From a virus (taxonomy: Duplodnaviria > Caudoviricetes): a stretch of 25,376 nt of DNA. The position numbers and the translations under genes are program-made. The notes beneath the pieces were generated by a model. That model searched no databases and was not told the DNA's origin. It saw only the letters and a program-made list of their open reading frames with translations. The DNA lies in the IMG/VR virus record IMGVR_UViG_3300017913_001487, positions 1-25,376 of that record; one strand, given 5' to 3'. Positions 15,593-22,700 of the stretch are shown piece after piece. Within the stretch, counting starts at the first letter, position 1; each line of letters begins with the position of its first letter.

Positions 15593-16137
15593 CGTTCAAT
15601 CAGATCCATTTTGTAACGTATGAAATTGTCCGCTCCATACTCCACAGACGGGCCGTCAGTGTTTAAAGAACATTTAAGGGTAGGGGCGTAGGTAGCTGCC
15701 GTTGCTAACGACACGGTCCCGGTATCGCGAGCCGGGGGATCGACGATTGGTGTCGAGCCGTCTAGCCCTAGGTACTGCATAAGCTGGTTGTTGAGCGTCG
15801 AGCTACTTCGGTTGTAGTACTCACCGATGCGTAGCGACGTGTCGGTGTACGCTGAGTCGTCTCTCAACAGCGGCATACGGAACGCAAAGATAGTGTGCCG
15901 GCCGTCGATTAGTCGGAAGAACTCGATGAACGTCTCGTAGTCCTGACGCGAGAGGACAGGGTAGGTGACACTCATCTCAATTCGAACACCGCCGACGCTG
16001 CGTGTCTGCCGGCGCATGGATCTAGCGTCAGCGACAAGCGTCGTCCGGGCGTGTCGGATTTTGAATGATTCTGGTTTGATGGTTGTTGGAAAAAGCTGGT
16101 ACGGCCCGTCGCCGTTTTGGAATGTATAAGTTGCCAC
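15586..16137 (-). CDS. Distal-tail (Dit, T5 pb9-like) family protein
   Basis: FPT..TTLV..S.RRQTR..GG..MSVTYP.LSR..F...GR..F pattern recalls siphovirus Dit N-terminal domains. Confidence 0.55.
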   Translation of the reverse strand: MATYTFQNGDGPYQLFPTTIKPESFKIRHARTTLVADARSMRRQTRSVGGVRIEMSVTYPVLSRQDYETFIEFFRLIDGRHTIFAFRMPLLRDDSAYTDTSLRIGEYYNRSSSTLNNQLMQYLGLDGSTPIVDPPARDTGTVSLATAATYAPTLKCSLNTDGPSVEYGADNFIRYKMDLIERW

Positions 16138-16670
16138 TATTCACCCCCTAGTGGATTAAGACTATCTATAGCGCGCCACATGTCATTCACCTCTGTCTGA
16201 TACTTTCTGAGGTCTTCCTCGATAGATTCGAGTTCCTTGAGCTTGCCTTCGACGCGTAGCTGAGTTTCGGATGCAAGCTTTTCTGTTTCAGCTTGCCTGG
16301 TCATGAGCTCGTTTAGTTGGCTTTGTTTATCGAGGATGTTTTCAAGCGTGCCGCCAAGCGTTGCCAGTTTGCCTTGTAGATTCGCTACGTCAGCCGCTGT
16401 CATCGACTGCTCCATCGACGCGATGCGCTTCTCCATCTCTTGCAATCTCTGTGCGTTGCTTGCACGTAGATCATCGAACCGGGCGTTTAGCGTGTCGGCC
16501 CCTGCGGCGACTGCGTCGACTGACGACGTCTGCGCTTCGAGGTCGCTCATAAACGTGCTGAACTGATAAATCCCTCCTGCGATCGTTGACGCAAATCCCA
16601 GAACGACCATAATGACGACACCGCGCAGTCTGACGTCGCCTACGGTAAGTTCCATGTCTTCAATACCCAT
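16137..16670 (-). CDS. Membrane-anchored coiled-coil protein
   Basis: AGGAG before ATG 16670; TM GVVIMVVLGFASTIAGGIY followed by a long heptad-rich segment. Confidence 0.75.
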   Translation of the reverse strand: MGIEDMELTVGDVRLRGVVIMVVLGFASTIAGGIYQFSTFMSDLEAQTSSVDAVAAGADTLNARFDDLRASNAQRLQEMEKRIASMEQSMTAADVANLQGKLATLGGTLENILDKQSQLNELMTRQAETEKLASETQLRVEGKLKELESIEEDLRKYQTEVNDMWRAIDSLNPLGGE

Positions 16671-17514
16671 TGAAACACTCCTGTTGCTCTTCTGGAGTTG
16701 GTAACCACCAACAAGGGCCCTCCGGTGAGGTGTAGTGAAAAAGCGAATCAGCACCGTCTTGTATAATCACCGCTGAGTCTTTGAAGTAACCCGAGACGTT
16801 GAGCGCAACGAGTGATGACTGTTCACCACTGTTCCATTCAATTGTCATTTGCCCGGTTGCGCCGTCGAAGTAGCTCTTAGTCGCTTCGGCGTAGGTGACG
16901 TTAAGTTGGTAGGCAGCGTCGTTGGCCTCGTCTAATAAAGACTGATCGTTTGCAATAGCTGTGTAGGCCGCTGCAGTAATAGCGGCGTCCTCTACGTCTT
17001 GTAGTGCGGAGTTGAACGCTTCGCGCTCACTTTCATCAAGGAGCACGTCCGTCTCATCCATGTAATCTTGTAGCGCAATGCTTTCACGAGCGTCCGGGGC
17101 ATCTGCTGCTTCTTGAGCTCGTATGTTCGTCTCTGTGATCGTGACAACTGCGACGGCCGCGTCGACGAACGCGTCGATGCGTTGTCCGAGGGTATCTAGG
17201 GCCTGTTGGCTTTGCTGTTCGAAGTACTCGTTAGAGTTAGGATTCCAAGTGTATACCTGGGCTTTGAAGTTTTGGACGCTTGCGTTGTAGGCGTCTGCTT
17301 GTGCTTTTGTGATCATGCCAGGATCAGTGATCCCAGCTTGCGCGATCCCGGTGCCAAGATGCGCGTTATGGGCTAGACCGCCGACAGCTTTGATTGAGTA
17401 GTCAAACGTTGTCCTAATCGACTGACTCGTTGTTATCAGATCGTCTATCGGAGTTGCTTTGCTTAGTGGTGCGATAACGGTCGCTAAGGCTACCGCTAGA
17501 AGCTTCGTCTTCAT
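16660..17514 (-). CDS. Exported helical acidic protein (signal peptide), unknown function
   Basis: MKTKLLAVALATVIAPLSKA signal-like N-terminus; two C-terminal Cys. Confidence 0.8.
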   Translation of the reverse strand: MKTKLLAVALATVIAPLSKATPIDDLITTSQSIRTTFDYSIKAVGGLAHNAHLGTGIAQAGITDPGMITKAQADAYNASVQNFKAQVYTWNPNSNEYFEQQSQQALDTLGQRIDAFVDAAVAVVTITETNIRAQEAADAPDARESIALQDYMDETDVLLDESEREAFNSALQDVEDAAITAAAYTAIANDQSLLDEANDAAYQLNVTYAEATKSYFDGATGQMTIEWNSGEQSSLVALNVSGYFKDSAVIIQDGADSLFHYTSPEGPCWWLPTPEEQQECFNGY

Positions 17515-18109
17515 TGGACGTACTCCCGGCCAACAAGGCCTCGTAGAAGGTTCGGTTTTCCTCGAATTCTGGAATGAAGATTTCGGGTGCTTTTTTGATG
17601 TGCGCTAGAGCTGCGCGTCCTACCAACAACCGACCGCCTGACGAGACCGGACACACCATGCCGCTAGTCAATAGGGCCCTATAGACCTTGGGGTCGAGGC
17701 AGAGGGTCGCTACTGCCGGGACTTTCAAACCGAGGGCCGCGAGCTCGCGCGCCATTAATCTCAGCGAGCAGCCTTCATCAACCATCCAAGAACCGCCTGA
17801 GACGCCCATGCCGATTAGCTGTACGCCCCCGGTGTAAGACTTCAGACATGACTGGTTATTCATGCCCATTAGTGACGGAGCGATGGCACTGTTGGCCGGA
17901 AGAGGTCTTCCGCTACCGGCGCCTTGGTTAACGACTGTGTCACCATTGTTGCTGTTGATTGTTGCTAGGTCGCCTGAGTTCTCTACGTCGCCGCCTTCGG
18001 GCGTACCACGCATGTTGTCAGGCATCTCTATTTCGTTCTGCGCTTCGGCTGTAAGAGCAATAAAGAACAGAAATGAAATTACTATCCACGCTGTCAGTTG
18101 ATAGCGCAT
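17414..18109 (-). CDS. Exported Cys-containing protein (signal peptide), unknown function
   Basis: GGAGG RBS; hydrophobic leader ending AEA; SAIAPS..C..GGVQ..G.SGG..C..LGLKVPAVATLC..CP core. Confidence 0.8.
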   Translation of the reverse strand: MRYQLTAWIVISFLFFIALTAEAQNEIEMPDNMRGTPEGGDVENSGDLATINSNNGDTVVNQGAGSGRPLPANSAIAPSLMGMNNQSCLKSYTGGVQLIGMGVSGGSWMVDEGCSLRLMARELAALGLKVPAVATLCLDPKVYRALLTSGMVCPVSSGGRLLVGRAALAHIKKAPEIFIPEFEENRTFYEALLAGSTSNEDEASSGSLSDRYRTTKQSNSDRRSDNNESVD

Positions 18110-18122
18110 GATTCCTCCAGAT

Positions 18123-18146
18123 AAAAAAAACGCCCCAGAGGGGCGC
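18123..18146 (-). terminator. Rho-independent terminator
   Basis: Minus strand CGCCCC-TCT-GGGGCG followed by T8, right after the 77-aa gene. Confidence 0.85.
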
Positions 18147-18153
18147 TTAGTAC

Positions 18154-18387
18154 TTAGTGAGCGGTGGGATCATCAGGGTTGAGCGGTTGCTCGCCTGGTA
18201 TCAGTTCCCCCTCTACCGGGGCGGTGGGTTCTTCACCGTCCGGTTGCTCGTTCTCAGCTTTTATAGTCAAGAGCTCCGCTTCAAGCTGGCTAATCCGCAT
18301 AGCCTGATTTGCGTTTTGACGAGCCAAAGACTCAAGCTGCTGTGCAATAAAGTAGTCCTGCCGACTTACCTGTTTTTGCTCACTCAT
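18154..18387 (-). CDS. Small coiled-coil protein with acidic Pro-rich tail
   Basis: AGGAGG RBS; bounded by AT-rich upstream region and terminator. Confidence 0.8.
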   Translation of the reverse strand: MSEQKQVSRQDYFIAQQLESLARQNANQAMRISQLEAELLTIKAENEQPDGEEPTAPVEGELIPGEQPLNPDDPTAH

Positions 18388-18407
18388 TTATGCCTCCTGG
18401 TTAAGTG

Positions 18408-18448
18408 CGCTATATGAACAATATATATCTAAAAGTACTGTAGTTAAA
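18408..18448 (-). promoter_or_regulatory. Candidate sigma70 promoter (TTTAAC-N17-TATATT) overlapped by a GATATA-N8-ATATAG site
   Basis: AT-rich intergenic region; matches the 225-248 motif at most positions. Confidence 0.5.
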
Positions 18449-18454
18449 GGGTTT

Positions 18455-18967
18455 TTAAGTACCAACGGTCAGGTTTAACAAAGTAAGAACCGGGGCGACC
18501 TCTTGTGTATTTTCGGTCAAAGGTTTTCCTATTGCGTCAGCCTGTTGTCGGTTTAGTGCGTGAGTGTGCACAGGCGTATTAGTACCTGCTAACTCAAGAG
18601 TCCAGCTAGTAATTCCTATCTCTGCCCAATAGGCGTTGCGAGCATTACGGTAGTCCTCGCTGTATAGATAAGCCTTACTGTCGTTTGCGTCGGGCTTTAC
18701 TAGACCCAACACCCACTGAGCTGTCGTACCGTCCTTGACGCCGGCATTTAGTAGCAAGACGCCGTCATCGTCAGCAACTCGCCACAGGAACCCTTCAGTG
18801 AGCATGCGGTCGTAACCTGCCCGGATGTGTTCCTTTTTTTGTGAATCCGTTAAATCACCGTATAGGTGCCACGGGTAGCTACCGGCGTTTAGTGACGGCA
18901 AAGAAGCTGCGAATAAAGCGTCAAATTCGTTGTCGTCGATGGTTGTTACTGTTTGAAAAGTAATCAT
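18455..18967 (-). CDS. Hypothetical protein next to the tail fibre genes
   Basis: ATGA coupling to upstream gene puts the start at 18967; 170 aa. Confidence 0.75.
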   Translation of the reverse strand: MITFQTVTTIDDNEFDALFAASLPSLNAGSYPWHLYGDLTDSQKKEHIRAGYDRMLTEGFLWRVADDDGVLLLNAGVKDGTTAQWVLGLVKPDANDSKAYLYSEDYRNARNAYWAEIGITSWTLELAGTNTPVHTHALNRQQADAIGKPLTENTQEVAPVLTLLNLTVGT

Positions 18968-19458
18968 TGGAAGAACACCGTAGTTGATCCTGATGTACCG
19001 ATGACATGAGAGCCGACACTCCACGTCCACGTCGTTTCATTGGTTGAGCTGTTATAAGCGTGACCAGATCCGCTTGTCGCGTAGGTGTTACCGTTAATCA
19101 ATATGGAGCTGAAAAACGTTCTTGCCCTGTTACCGCTGAAAATGACAAACAGTGTGTATGTAGATTTCGACTGAAACGTGTAGATGCCTCGTATTGCCAC
19201 GCTGTTGTAGGACGTAGGCGAAACAGACCCAAATTGGCTTATGCGGAAGCCGTAGCTTGCGCCTGAGTTACCTATGGTCAGCGATACAGAGGTAGACGCC
19301 GTAGCGCCGTAAAAGTCAGAGAGGCTAATAGCTATACCGTAGCCTCCTGTCCCAGACGTACGGTTGGCCGCATACTCGTACATAGTAATCGGATGCGACC
19401 CGCCAAACTCGTCTTGCAAGTCTTGAAACGAAATCGCACCCGAGGTCTGTAGGGCCAC
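18964..19458 (-). CDS. Putative tail-fibre tip adhesin (gp38-like N-terminal attachment motif)
   Basis: MALQTSGAISFQDLQDEFGG..ISLSDFYG, then a Ser/Thr/Gly-rich beta region; follows an S74-containing fibre. Confidence 0.65.
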   Translation of the reverse strand: MALQTSGAISFQDLQDEFGGSHPITMYEYAANRTSGTGGYGIAISLSDFYGATASTSVSLTIGNSGASYGFRISQFGSVSPTSYNSVAIRGIYTFQSKSTYTLFVIFSGNRARTFFSSILINGNTYATSGSGHAYNSSTNETTWTWSVGSHVIGTSGSTTVFFQ

Positions 19459-19461
19459 GGA

Positions 19462-19731
19462 TTAGCTCCAAATAGCGCCGCAGATATCCTGCACAAGCTG
19501 ATCTTCGCCTGTTACGTCTGTCGCCGTTGCGTTGTCTTCGTCAGAATACCGCTCAAGATGCTTAACGCGTGTCGCTACTACTGGAAGATCGTTGTCATTT
19601 GGATCGTCCATTGAATCCTCGTAAACAACCATTACAGTCGGGTTGCCTGAGTTAAGGGTATCCGCCGCGCTTGAGTCTGTCGCTGGGTATACCTCTACGC
19701 GCTGTACACTAGTCGTCTTTGTGATTGCCAT
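19462..19731 (-). CDS. Small acidic tail-fibre-associated protein
   Basis: Overlaps the fibre stop; GAGG upstream of ATG 19731. Confidence 0.7.
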   Translation of the reverse strand: MAITKTTSVQRVEVYPATDSSAADTLNSGNPTVMVVYEDSMDDPNDNDLPVVATRVKHLERYSDEDNATATDVTGEDQLVQDICGAIWS

Positions 19732-22700
19732 TTTCAAGTTCCTCTATTCGTTGAGTAAGGGATTGGATTTTGTCATCAGCTTCTTTCAAAGCCTGTATGC
19801 ACAGTGAGACTAAGTTGCCGTACGCAACTGTCTTTGTGTCGTTAAGTTCGTCGTACTCAACGACTTCTGGTAGCACTTGCTCAACTTCTTGAGCTATGAC
19901 GCCAGCGTGTCGCTTTTCTGTGTCTTCTAAATCATTACGAGTAAACGTTACGCCGCGTATTTTCCGAATTTTTCGTAAAGCCTCAGGGATTACCTCAATA
20001 TTTTCTTTAAGCTTTATGTCGGAAAATGCTGTGACATTACCGGAAGCAACGGAATTACCGGCTTCGTCTACGTGCCATCTATCGCCAATGGCGTTGAAAT
20101 GAATAACGAACCGAGAAGTAGTGCTAGTCGCGTCATGGACAAGCCAAGGGTAATGCGAATCGACCGATGTATTTCGCATTCCGAAGACGTATCGCTGCGA
20201 GCTTTGAGCGTATAGAGGATAATTTCCAACACCCGCACTACCGATCGCTATTCGGCCATTTGTGTACAAGCCTCCGTCATTTATTACGACTCGCTCCTGC
20301 CAACCACTAGCGTAGGTATAGAACCTCGTGACGTTGTCAGCGTATAGCTTAATTTCGGTTCCACCGCTAATAAACGACTGGTTGGTAGCTCCACCAAAGT
20401 GCAGGTTTGAGCTAGACGAAAGAATAAAGCTTCCCGACTCAACTCGTGTATTTGTATCCCCCTTGCCGATACTAAATAGAACCGAACTCAAGTCTTCATT
20501 GTTGTAGAAGCGAATACCGCCGTAACCGGGTTGAGCACCCATGCGGATGCCTGTGTGCCATCGGAGATCTAGCTTGGTGTAGTTGCCACCGTAGTTCTCC
20601 ATGTTGGTGCCAATGTAGTAGTTGCCAGTTGCGTCGGAGTTACCACCGCCAAACAAAAGCTTGGTTGACGACACAGCGTTGTATGCGTTGCTTGAAGTAG
20701 TACCGCCAATTTGAAAGCGAATGTCGTTTGAAATGACGCGGTCAGAATGTAGCGTGAGTTTAGTGGTGTCAGCCCGTTGAAACTCGACCTCGTGCCCTGA
20801 ACTCGTGCCAAACTTGATTGAACTGTGGCCCGTGTGCGCGTACCAGTGCGAACGCATACTGTTGGCTTCTTGCGACACTTCAATTTTTGCGTGGACACTA
20901 TCCGCAACGTTAAGTCTCGCCGACCAACTCCCATCGTCGGTTGCGTACCCTGCCGACGTAGCGCGTCCAATGTGCATGAACTTTTTAAACTGACTGGAGC
21001 CGTCACGATTCAGGGCGATGTTTTTAGTGGTGCCGCTGTAGACGGCAATGGTCGTCGCCGAACTACCGCTAGTCGTACCGTAGTTGAAGCCAAACTCGCC
21101 TTGGTTGTCAGAGCTAAATCGACTGTAGTTGTTGCCACCCAAGTACAACGACGTGCCTGCCGTGTACAGCGTCGTAGAATTCATTTGCAGCAGGTTGCTT
21201 GTCCCGCCAGCGTTGCGGAAGTAGTAGACGTTGGCGTTGTTGTAGATAGAGTTATCGTTGCCAAGCCAAAGCTTCGTCGTGCCGCTTGCGTCTCCGTACT
21301 CCATCCACGTAGAACCGCGCTTTACTGCACGATTGCTTTTCACGTACAAGTCGCCACTAACCAAGTTTAGGTTGTAGCTTGCGTCCAGCGTCATTTGCGC
21401 TGTGGTCTGCGCGTTTGGATAGAAATTTATGGTGCCCTGCGAGGCAACGTGGCTGGCGAATGGGAAGGTATCGCTGATGACTTCATCGACACCGTTAAGC
21501 GTGGTCGCCATGTCGACATCCCAGTCGTTGTAATACTCGTCAACATCTGAGCGGAACGAAACCTGTACCGATCGCCCCACAACGCAAGGGTAGCTCCAGG
21601 TCGAGTTTGTTTCGCCGATTGCGACGTACTTGCGGCCAGCGTCATAACCAAAACGAACGGTGAACTTTTTGTCCACCTTCTTGGCAAAAACCATCGCGGT
21701 ACAGTTGTACCAATAATTACTGACAGAGTTTGAGCGGTAGTTGTAACCGCTAACGTAGACGCTGATTGTCTCTTCTGTTGTGTAGTCGTAAATATCGACC
21801 CAGAAGGTAATCATGTCGTCGTCGTCGTCAACGATGTCGGGCAACTCGACCTTAATTGCGCCAGTCTGCGCACCATCTAGACGGAACTGCGTGACATAGG
21901 GGATGTACCCCATGTAGCTGTCACCTTCGTAAATGATGTTGCCGACGTTTTCGTCTACCTTGAGAACGCCTTTTAAGACTGGGTTGTCGCGGATTTCACC
22001 AATGTTTCGCAGATTCCTAGCCGTATCTAGCACCCCAGTGCCGCGCACAGAAAGCACGTAGCCACTAGGTGCAGTGTGATCATTGTTTGCGTAAAGGTTA
22101 AGGCGACCGTCCGAAGATAAACGGGCAATGCCTAAGTCGCTGCTGTTGCGAAACTGAAAATCGCCGCCTGTTCGGTAATACGTGTGGCCGTTAGGTGCGA
22201 AATAAAAGCGTTCTTTGCCATCTGTTGTTTGATGCCAAACGTCCGTTTTGAATCTCGCTCCAGTCGTGTTACCCATTAGCGAGACGTTGTTCACCTCTCG
22301 CGACGAGTTGATAACGCCCGTGCCGTTCATGAAGAACGAACCTGAACGTAAGTCCATGCCTGTGCTTTGAACTCGTAGCCGCTCTCCTTGAGCTGCATAT
22401 AAGCGAACAAGGTCGTTTGCAGGATCAAGATAAACAAGATTGTCCCAGCTTGAACCCGTGCCCGTAGCCCATCCAAAGCCGCCGCTATCGTGGTAACTGT
22501 ACATTTTCAGCGATCCAGTGCCGCCGATCTGTACGCTGTTTGTGCCGCTAGAGTCAATGTCTAGCGCATAGGTGGCTGGCGCGGTTGTGTCTGACTCGCC
22601 GTATCCGACGCGGATTCTGTTCGCGACTGTTAAAAGTCCATTAGTGGTAAGCGCCATCGCGCCCTGGCTTTGGTCGTGAACACTATCGCCCCACCAAAAA

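Noticed and set aside
19169-19179. Partial match (GACTGAAACGT) to the phage promoter motif
   Set aside because: Only 11 bp, opposite orientation, inside a CDS
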